The notes beneath the pieces were generated by a model, which was not told the DNA's origin, did not search any database, and saw only the letters and a list, made by a program, of their open reading frames with translations. A program made the position numbers and the translations under genes. Shown here in pieces: positions 55,201 through 64,000 of a DNA stretch of 64,000 nt. Every line of letters begins with the position of its first letter. Position 1 is the stretch's first letter. Source of the stretch: Camelus ferus (Eukaryota); contig NC_045697.1 in assembly GCF_009834535.1 (NCBI RefSeq), positions 55,554,001 to 55,618,000 of the forward strand, given 5' to 3'.

Positions 55201-55468
55201 GATAAACGGGAACCTTTGTATGCTATTCATGAGAATGTCAATTGGTGCAACCACTATGGAAAACAATGTGGAGGCTCCTCAAAAAACTAAAAATAGAACC
55301 ACCATATGGCCCAATGATTTCACTCTCAGGTATATACCCAGAAAAAAATGAAAACATTAATTTGAAAAGAAACATACACCATGATGCTCATTCCAACACT
55401 ATTTACAATAGCCAAGATATGGAAGCAACCCTAATGTCCAACAACAGACAAATGGATTAAGATGATGG

Positions 55469-55503
<35 letters not shown>

Positions 55504-56010
55504 TGGAATATTACTCAGTCACAAAAGGAATGAAATTCTGCCATTTGTAGAAACATGGTTAGACACAGAGAATATCATGCTTAGTGAAATAAGTCAGATG
55601 TAGAAAGATGGATACTGCATGGTATCACTTATATGTGAAATCTAAAAAAATAATACTAATGAGGTTACGTAGCAAAACAGAAATAGACACACAGATATAG
55701 AAAACAAACTAGTGGTTACCAGTGGAGAGAGGGCAGGGAGGGAGGGGTGTGTAAGGGGTGTGGGATTAAGAGATACAAACTACTACATATAAAATAGGTA
55801 AGCAACAAAGATATGTTGTATAGCATAGTGAATTATAGTCCCTTTCTTATAATTGAGTATAAACTGTAAAAATACTGAATCACTGTGCTGCGTATCTGAA
55901 ACTAATATATTATAAATCAACTATACTTCAATAAAAATTAAACAAAAGGATAATGATAATTGTTGGAATATTAGAATAAAGCACTAAGCCCAGAGTCCCC
56001 AAAATAACAA
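52265..56010 (+). mobile_element. L1 with intact 5' start, large internal deletions, 3'UTR and an extra 3' segment, bounded by a TSD
   Basis: Begins ...atcaagatggcagagta (YY1-type L1 start). 5'UTR runs to about 53110, then about 100 bp of ORF1, then ORF2 from just before the RT. AATAAA at 55930-55935. TSD aaaactacgcatgct (52250-52264) / aaaactatgtatgct (56011-56025). Confidence 0.9.
55473..55502. repeat. (TG)n microsatellite inside L1
   Basis: Directly visible. Confidence 0.95.
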
Positions 56011-57089
56011 AAAACTATGTATGCTTTTGTTTGTGAGCTTCATCCATCTTATCCTATGTAACATTCACTTATTTCTTCATGTTGCCGTGTACTCTTATTC
56101 TGTTATTTTTATGCAGGCTGTAATTTATTTACTAAACTATCCATTCTCTTTTGCTGTTTGCTTTGTTTCTAGTTTTTTAGTTAGTATAAATACATCTTCA
56201 ATGCATGTCTTGTGCAAGTATTTTTGTGGACTCATGCTCTTGTTTTTCTTGGGACTATAACTTTGAGTAGAATTGCTGATCACATGTCAAATGTAGGAAC
56301 AACTAGCTTTCCAAAGTGTTTGTACCATTTTACCTACTTATGAACAATGTGTGAGAGTTCCAGTTGCTCCTTGTCCTTATCAATAGTGGGTATTTGACAT
56401 ATTTTTAATTTTTGTCATTCTAATGCCTGTATAGCACTATATCATCATAGTTTTAATTTGTGTTTCTTAGATAATGAATGATGTCCAGTAGTTTTTTTAA
56501 AAAAAATTATGAGCTCTTTCAATATTTTCTTGTGAAGTCTGTTCAGTTCTTTCCCCATTTAGAAGTTTTTTTTCACTTGTTTGCACTCATTTTATAATAT
56601 ATATATATGTACATATATATATGCAATGAGTATATAATAATTATATGTATAAATGAATATATTTGTGTGTATTGTGTATATATGTGTGTGTATATACATA
56701 CATAGGATCCTTTGTTACATAGAGATAATGCATCTTCCCCAAGTCTGACTTTTTAAAATACTTTCTCAGTTATTTCTCAGTCATATCACTTGGTGAGCAT
56801 GAATTTTTGTGTTTTCTTATGTACATCAAATTGCTGCAGCACCATTCATTGAAAAGCTCACTATACACACATTGAATTTACAGTGGTGCCTATGTTATAA
56901 ATCAAGTGAGCATATTGGTGTGTTTGTTCCTGGATTCTATTCTATCTCATTGAATTATTTGTCTAAATTTATGCCAGTTCTATATTGTCTTAAATATTAT
57001 ACCTTTATAGTAATTCTTAAAATCTGGTTGTGTAAGTTCTCCAACTTAGTTCTTCATTTTTGTTTAGTGACACGTATAAGGCACATATA

Positions 57090-57540
57090 AATATGAATAA
57101 GAACATTCGGGGAAGTTATATTTTTAATTGTCTCCAACAACAAACAGCAGAAAAGTCTATCCAGAGAAGAACTGATATACTTCATTGCATATGCATACAG
57201 TAAAATGCTGTACAACAATGAAATCAACAAATAGAAATACACAAAACAAATCGATCTCACAAACAAAGCACTCTGCAAAAGATGTCAGACAAAGAATATA
57301 TATTATATGATTCGTTTTACAAAAATTTCAAAACAGCTCTGAGTAATTGAAGGTATTAGAAATAGGTTAGTGGTTATTTTGGGAGAGGTAGATATAGCAG
57401 ATTTGGGGGCAGGTTTCCAGGGAGCTGGTAATCCTGACTGCAATGGTAGATCCACCCTGTTCAATTCTCTGCCACTGTACACATAATTTGCACTGGTTTT
57501 TCAGTAAAATAATCTTTACTTCAGCTTAAAAAATTAAATA
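57090..57540 (+). mobile_element. Old L1ME-like 3' end
   Basis: atctcacaaaca...gtcagacaaagaatatatattatatgattcgtttt...aaatttcaaaaca; aggttagtggttattttggga. Confidence 0.7.
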
Positions 57541-59109
57541 TTACTTTTTATAAAATGAACAGAAATGCCAAGAGAAAACCTTATCAGTATGTTTCCATTT
57601 GAAATTATGTAAAATAATAAATAGTATAAATATTAGGGATATTATAACACTTCTATCTTATTCTTTTCTTAAGCCATCAACTATTAATTGAGCAATACTG
57701 TACTTAAAAGTTTTTTTTAACTTCAGCAGAATTGAGAATGCATTTCCCCAGCTTACTTTACAGAAATGTTACAAAATGGTGTCCAACTTTGCTCCTACTC
57801 TGTTGCCTTACTAGCAGTGTTCTGGTTTGAATGTCAGCAAAAGTTGTGGGATTCAATTCAGCAGTCTGAAGAAACAAAATTAAGAGAGAACTTTATGCTT
57901 CAAACTGACTTGCTAACTGCAAGAACTGCTTGTTCCCGATATGATTTTTCCTCTTTTTTCTGGTTTGGGAAGCTTCTAGTCAAAACACCCTAAAACTCAG
58001 TAGGTATCATGTGGAACAACAGCAACAACAAAAATGAATTGTTCAACATTCTCTACTAGCCAGTTCATGACACATCTCATTTTAGCCTAAAATTTTCTAG
58101 TGTTTTTCCAGGAGGAAGAAAAAACCTTAGATATTTTAAAGATTGATTTCCACTCTTGTCATTGTTTTCTACTCATCATTATTTTATTGTATCTCCAAGA
58201 AAAAAACTAGAAAATTACAAATCATTTTATAAAACTGGTATGAGAACTACTGAAAGGATTAACCAAAGAGAATTTAGCTCAGTGGGCAGAAATAGTTACC
58301 TTTTAACAAATAATTTAGATAATGAAATTGTGAGTGAGATCAACACATTTGTTAATAACTCCCAAAGCCAGATTCAAGTTCCAAATATTTCTAACAATTA
58401 AAGAGGCAATTATACTCACTAATTCCACTAATGACCTGTTTGTTCAAGGTACAATGGGTACAATCGCTAAGTACTACCTAACTAATGTCTCATGGATCAA
58501 AATGCAGCTGAACTGACCTAGGCATCACACCAGATTTCAAATGTGAAGTGAGTCAGTCCTAGCATGTAAAGAAAAATGAATGATACGTACTTTTTATTTA
58601 GGCCCATTTTGACACTGTAAGACAATTAAATCATCTTGTGTAATCCTTCCTATAACTCTGATTGTGTATGAAATATATTAAATATTACATATTTAGCACT
58701 GTTTCCCCTGGGCTTAAAACAGTGACAAGCTTCTAGCAAGTGTTTGATAATTATTTTTAGAATTAGTTAAGCAATTAATATAATTAAGTTTAACTTAATG
58801 GCAAAAAAAGTATTCCAAAGTAAGATGACCTGTCAAGAGTCACACAGGTTATTAAAGCAGGACTGATCTGAATCAAAATTCCTTGACATTTTCAGTTCAG
58901 TTATTGGTCTTAATGAAAATATCAATAACCATTCTTGTTATTTAAGTTACATAATGAGATGGAGGAGAAAAGTTATGATTCCCTTTATAGAATTTTATTT
59001 CAAGACAGGTTAAATCAATCCATCATAACTTTATAAAATTGTGTAAAATATTTTCAGTCTTGTCCCATTCTTAGTTCATCTAAAGACCTTCCAGAAATGG
59101 CTATACTCT

Positions 59110-59600
59110 TACTGAATTTTAAGAATTGACATATTTTAAATACCAGATGTATCATTTGAAAATGTTTTGTTCCTTCTGTAGGTTTTCTTTTCACCTTCTT
59201 TATAGTTGTCATTTAAAGAACAAAATATTATAATTTAATCATCACCTAGCCCAAAAACATAGACATTTATTCCTTTGCTTTTGTTTAAGAGTTTAATAGT
59301 GTCAGCTCATACATTTAGGTCTATGATTCTTTTGTTAATTTCTGTAACTAGTGTACAGTACTTCATATTTTGCATGTAGATATTCCAGTATCCAAATGCC
59401 ATTTATTACAAAGACTATTTTTTCCTATTGAATTATCTTGACATCCATGTTAAAAATCAGTTGAATATAAATGTAAGGATTTATTTCTGGGCTCTCAATT
59501 CTATTTCTAGTTTGTTATTTTTTTTTCTATCATGGATGGGTATTACTTTTTCTGCATTGATTGATATGATCGTGGACATTTTGTCTTTATTCTAAACTAA
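59110..59600 (-). mobile_element. Antisense old L1 ORF2 fragment
   Basis: acatttaggtctatgatt; ttgcatgtagatattccagt...ccatttatt...aaagactatt; tttatttctgggctctcaattct. Confidence 0.75.
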
Positions 59601-59719
59601 AAATTACATTTATAATTTACAATTAAATAGGGTGTGTTTTACTTCTGAGTTCTTACAGTCAAGGATGTGGGTACTGACATGAGCAAAAGTCTCACCCAAT
59701 AGGCTACATGACGTGCTTA

Positions 59720-59895
59720 GGTGAGATAGATAGAAAAACAGCACCCCCGAAAGCATCAATGTCCCTGTCCCTGGCACCTGTGAATATGTTACCTTAATCA
59801 TTGCAAATGTGACTCTGCAGATGTGATTAAATTAAGGACCTTCAGAAGAGGAGATTATTCAGGTGAGTCCAAAGTAATCATAAAGTCTTATCAGA
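59720..59895 (+). mobile_element. MLT1 LTR 5' part (MLT1C/D-like), cut by the young L1
   Basis: ccctggcacctgtgaatatgttacctta...tgcagatgtgattaaattaagga. Confidence 0.8.
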
Positions 59896-59918
59896 AACTC
59901 TTCCAAAAGAAATTTATA

Positions 59919-61180
59919 GAGAGACGGAGAAGATGGCGGAGTAGAAGGACGCTCGCAGGTCACCCTCTCCCACAAATACACCAAGACCCACATCTACAGA
60001 CCCACTCAGCCAACCAGAGCACCTGCGGAACTCCGACAGAACATCACCCTCTTCAAAAGATAAAGACGCCAAAAATCTGGTAGGAGAAAAGGAAAAAAGA
60101 AAGAACAAAAGGCAAAGCAGCATGGGACGGGTCCCTCGGGGAGGGAGCGGCAAAGGAGGACTGGCGCTCACTCGCTGGGTCTCCCCTCTCCAACTGAGAG
60201 GCCAGCGGGACGGAGGGGGAGCCTCCGAGGCTCGGATCTGTACAGAGCAGCCCTTGACTAACAGAACTAAGTTAAACAGGCACAGAGCGTCCCCCCGACA
60301 CCCAGTCTGAGACGCGGCCGGCAGCAGCTGGCAGGGCCAGGCTGCCCAAGCTGGGCAGAGGACGGGGGCGGCTGCACGAAGGGAGCCCCGGGGGAACGCA
60401 AGAGGTTGCGCGCTGTGGCTGTGGGTGCACAGGGCAGAACAACCTGGGCCCTCCATAAAACAGCAAGGTTGATGTGCTCCCGGGGGAAGGGTACACACCC
60501 CCATCTCTGAAAACCCACGGAAACTTTTCCTGGGAAGAGAGGCGGGGCTCAGGCACAGCCGCCATACCCTCCGCTCTGAGCACTCAGGAGGGGGCGGGGG
60601 CGAAACCTGCATCCCCACCGAAGGGCTTAGCAGCCTCAAAGGCCAGACTGAGACTGGCCTGCAGCCCGGGGCAGATAGGATCCTCCATCCAGGTTCCTCA
60701 GAGAACTTGCTCCACAAAGACAAACAAGGAGCTGGGTTCTGGCTCGGAGCAGGGACAAGGCTGTCCCTCGGTCTTCCCTGAGCCCACCCGCGGAGCGCCG
60801 ACCAGGGCGGAGAGCGCAGCGGCACAGAGCAGCGGAGCTACCGGCAGCGCAGGTAGAGCGAGAGCGGCCCCCCGCCTTTCGGGCAGGAACACAGCCCCTG
60901 GGAGGTGCTGGGAGGGGGCACTACCCGCCCTCCTACCTGGCCAGTCTGACTGCGGCATCCGGAGGGGCAGCGACCCGCCCGCCCACAGCAGAGGAGAGCT
61001 GCACCTGACCCAGTGTTAGGAGGAGGCGCGATCTGCTTGCCAACAGCTGCTGGGAGCAGCACAGAAGAGGGCGCCAACGGAGGGCCTCTGAAAACAGCAA
61101 GCTGAGCTTCCAAAACAGGACGAAGACAGAAAGACTTCACATTAAAAGCACACAGACTCCAGGAGAACGCCGACAAACCC
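59919..61180 (+). promoter_or_regulatory. L1 5'UTR internal promoter / CpG island
   Basis: The only CpG-rich stretch in the window. YY1-type motif AAGATGGCGG at 59930-59939; GC boxes such as GGGGCGGGGG near 60591-60600. Confidence 0.85.
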
Positions 61181-61582
61181 CACCCCCCCTTTTTTTTTAA
61201 AACTGTTTTTACCTGTTCTATTTTCTATTACTCTCTTAATCTTTACTTCTTAATTCATTTCTATTTCTCTTGGGTTTTGATGTCCTGCTATTGATTAGAC
61301 ACAGGTTTCAAATACATCTATTCATCTCCCCCCCACTTTTTTTGTAAAGGTTTTAAAAGGACGTCTCAACCCGATTAATACTTTGCTTCAACTCACTCTT
61401 CTATTATTCATTATACACTGTTTTCAAACCCTCTTTCTCCCTTCTTTTAAAATTCTTTCTCTCTCTGTCTTATTTTTTTCTTTTTTTCCTAAGTTCTATT
61501 CCTAAATAGGCATCAGATAGATAAAATCCTTAAGGACCAAAATAAACAACTGATACTCCATAAACCACAGTGCCAAAGAGGT

Positions 61583-62490
61583 ATGAGCAAGATGAAGAAG
61601 CAGAAAAACCTTTCCCAATTAAAAGAACAAGAGAAATCCCCTGAAAGAAAGATCAACGAAATAGACATCGATAGCCTACTAGATCAAGATTTCAAAAAAG
61701 GAGTGATCGAATTGCTGAAGGAATTAAAAGAGATAGTGTTTAGAGATATAAAATATGTCAAAAATGAAATTGAAGCTATAAAGAAGAGCCAAGTAGAATG
61801 GGGAAACTCATTGACAGAGATGAGGAATGATCTAATAGCTGTGCAAAGCCGACTAGATAATGCAGAGGAATGAATTAGTGATCTAGAAGACAGGGCAATA
61901 GAAAGCACCCATTCAGAAGAACTACAAGAGAAGCAAATAAAAAATAATGAAAATAGCATAAGGGACCTAAGGGATAATATAAAGCGTCCCAATCTTCGCA
62001 TAATAGGGGTCCCAGAAGGAGAAGAAAGATCAAAGGGGATTGAAAAGGTTTTTGAAGAAATCATGACTGAAAACTTCCCAAACTTAAAGAAGGAATCAGA
62101 TATCCAAGTACAGGAAGCTCAGAGGGTCCCAAACAGGAAGAATCCAAATAGACCCACACCAAGACATATCATAATCAAGATGGCCAGAGGCAAGGATAAA
62201 GAAATGATTCTAAAGGCAGCAAGAGAAAAGCAAAGAGTAAGTTACAAGGGAACCCCCATAAGGCTCTCAGCTGATTTCTCTACACAAACACTACAGGCCA
62301 GAAGGGAGTGGCAAGATCTATTCAAAGCCCTGAATGAAAAAAAGATGCAGCCTAGGATCCTTTATCCAGCAAGGCTATCCTTGACGATAGAAGGAGAAAT
62401 AAAGAGTTTCACAGACAAAAAAAAAAAAAGCTGCAGGAGTTTAGCAACACTAAACCCATGCTAAAAGAAATATTGAAAGGTCTACTCTAA
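61583..62490 (+). pseudogene. L1 ORF1p (RNA-binding chaperone), disrupted
   Basis: ATG at 61583 and an in-frame TGA at 61871-61873. The same frame continues through NLRIIGVPEGEE, REKQ, ARREW and YPARLS. A 13-A run (62417-62429) shifts the frame before the natural end ...LKEILKGLL TAA (62488-62490). Confidence 0.95.
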
Positions 62491-62896
62491 ATAGAAAAGC
62501 AGCAGGATGCTACAGATAATGAGAAACTCACAACTGGAAAGGTGATAACTCATGAATTACAAATAAAGTAAACATGAAATTATAAAAGAAGACATACAAA
62601 TCACTGAGAGTAGGAGAGGGAGGCAGGGAAATATAGAATATCTTTTTCTTTCTTTTTTAAAATTTTTTTAACAGTAGGATGGGTTTGAGATCATGTTACT
62701 ATCAGTTTAATAAAAACAGTTATAGTAATGGGTTGATAGATTTACAAAAAAGGGTAACCACAAGCCAAAAATGTACAAAGGAGTCACAAAAATTAAATAA
62801 AATCCATGAAAATGCAAAGGAAAATTACCAAACCACAAAAGGAAGAAGAAAGGAACAAAGAGGATATACCAATTCAACTGCAAAGATAAGTTCAAA

Positions 62897-64000
62897 ATGG
62901 CAATAAACACACATCTATCATTAATTACTGTAAATGTTAATGGACTAAATGCTCCAGTCAAAAGACACAGAGTGGCAGACTGGATAATAAAGCAAGAACC
63001 TTCAATATGCTGCATACAAGAGACCCACTTTACGGAGAAGGACACATATAGATTGAGAGGGAAAGGATGGAAAAGGATATTCCATGCAAATGGAAAAGCC
63101 AAAAAAGCAGGTGTTGCAGTACTGATTTCAGACAAAATATACTTTAAAACAAAGGCCATCAAGAAAGATAAAGAAGGACATTTTATAATGATTAAAGGAG
63201 TGATACAAGATGAGGATATTACACTCGTTAATATATATGCACCCAATATAGGAGCACCTAAGTACATACAAGAATTACTAACAGAGATGAAGGGGGATAT
63301 TGATGGGAATACAATCATAGTTGGAGATTTTAACACTGCATTAACATCACTAGACAGATCTTCCAGACAGAAAATAAACAAGGCAACAGAGAAATTAAAT
63401 ACTACAATAGAAAAACTAGATTTGGTGGATATTTTCAGAGCATTACACCCCCCAAAAATAGGATATACATTCTTTTCAAGTGCACATAGAATATTTTCCA
63501 GGATCAATCATGTACTTGGGCACAAAAGAAACCTCAACAATTATAAGAAGATAGAAATTATCTCAAGCATCTTTACTGACCACAATGCCATGAAACTGGA
63601 AATCAACAACAGAGAAACAAAGGAGAAAAAAAGGAAAGCATGGAGATTAAACAATATGTTATTGAAAAAACAATGGATCAATGAGGAAATCAAAGATGAA
63701 ATTAAAAAATACCTTGAGACAAATGATAATGAAAGCACAACCACTCAAAACCTATGGGACACAGCAAAGGCAGTGCTAAGAGGGAAGTTTACAGTGATAC
63801 AGGCCTTCCTCAAAAAAGAAGAACAATCTCAAATAAACAATTTAACCCACCACCTGAATGAATTAGAAAAAGAAGAACAAAAAGCCCCAAAAAACAGCAG
63901 AAGGAAGGAAATAATAAAGATCAGAGGGGAATTAAATACAATAGAGATTAACAAGACCATAGAAAAAATCAACGAAACCAAAAGCTGGATTTTTGAAAAA
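62897..64000 (+). CDS. L1 ORF2p N-terminal part (APE-like endonuclease and linker), partial at the window end
   Basis: Hand translation from ATG 62897: MAINTHLSLITVNVNGLN...CCIQETH...NIYAPN...IVGDFNT...FSRINHV...FTDHNAM...KSWIFEK. No stop in 368 codons; absent from the supplied ORF track, probably because it has no stop inside the window. Confidence 0.93.
   Translation, partial: MAINTHLSLITVNVNGLNAPVKRHRVADWIIKQEPSICCIQETHFTEKDTYRLRGKGWKRIFHANGKAKKAGVAVLISDKIYFKTKAIKKDKEGHFIMIKGVIQDEDITLVNIYAPNIGAPKYIQELLTEMKGDIDGNTIIVGDFNTALTSLDRSSRQKINKATEKLNTTIEKLDLVDIFRALHPPKIGYTFFSSAHRIFSRINHVLGHKRNLNNYKKIEIISSIFTDHNAMKLEINNRETKEKKRKAWRLNNMLLKKQWINEEIKDEIKKYLETNDNESTTTQNLWDTAKAVLRGKFTVIQAFLKKEEQSQINNLTHHLNELEKEEQKAPKNSRRKEIIKIRGELNTIEINKTIEKINETKSWIFEK

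Larger units (their letters stand above)
52030..57060 (-). mobile_element. Old antisense L1ME-like 3' end, split by the L1 at 52265-56010 (pieces about 52030-52264 and 56011-57060)
   Basis: cacttagatcaagatttagaatgttttcagcaccc...gtttgaacttcata on the left continues as ttttgtttgtgagcttcatccat...ttccaaagtgtttgtaccatttta on the right. Confidence 0.8.
59919..64000 (+). mobile_element. Young L1 with complete 5' end, running off the window
   Basis: GC- and CpG-rich 5'UTR, ORF1, 406-bp inter-ORF spacer and ORF2 endonuclease domain in canonical order with very little decay. An A-rich candidate TSD (aaaagaaatttata) lies just upstream. Confidence 0.98.

Noticed and set aside
400..59800. The many 60-150 aa ORFs in the supplied track as host genes
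   Set aside because: They are L1/LTR fragments, their antisense shadows or low-complexity chance ORFs. None resembles a cellular protein I recognise, and many start at non-ATG codons.
62707..63507. 266-aa hydrophobic minus-strand ORF (also 61684-62064 and 48736-49149)
   Set aside because: Antisense to L1 ORFs. The A-rich sense strand routinely gives long Phe/Leu/Ile/Ser-rich antisense frames.
1..64000. CRISPR array, operon, prophage or other prokaryote-type system
   Set aside because: The sequence is plainly mammalian. There is no regularly spaced repeat-spacer array and no dense coding content.

Overview
AT-rich, CpG-depleted mammalian genomic DNA, very probably from a camelid (alpaca, llama or camel). 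The evidence is a tRNA-Ala-derived SINE of the camelid Vic-1 type and young L1 copies of camelid style, both recognised from memory and not by search. More than half of the window is transposable-element relics: L1 of many ages, L2, MaLR/ERVL and ERV1 LTRs, two DNA-transposon MITEs and microsatellites. There is one 100-N assembly gap. I recognise no cellular protein-coding exon, RNA gene or CRISPR-like array, so the window reads as intergenic or deep intronic. The only real coding sequence is retroelement-derived. The main piece is a young L1 with its 5' end intact (about 59919 to beyond the window end): CpG-island 5'UTR, ORF1 with a stop and a frameshift, and ORF2 open for 368 codons to the edge but carrying Asn at the catalytic D205 position. 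Structures worth a second look are an internally deleted L1 with an apparent 3' transduction inside its target-site duplication (TSD), a two-LTR ERVL provirus relic with two nested ERV1 solo LTRs, a tiny 5'-inverted L1, a long antisense ORF in the L1 5'UTR, and a repeat-poor 7 kb block with enhancer-like motif clusters. I found no convincing evidence of a previously undescribed biological system. Subfamily names come from recall, and boundaries without TSDs are approximate.
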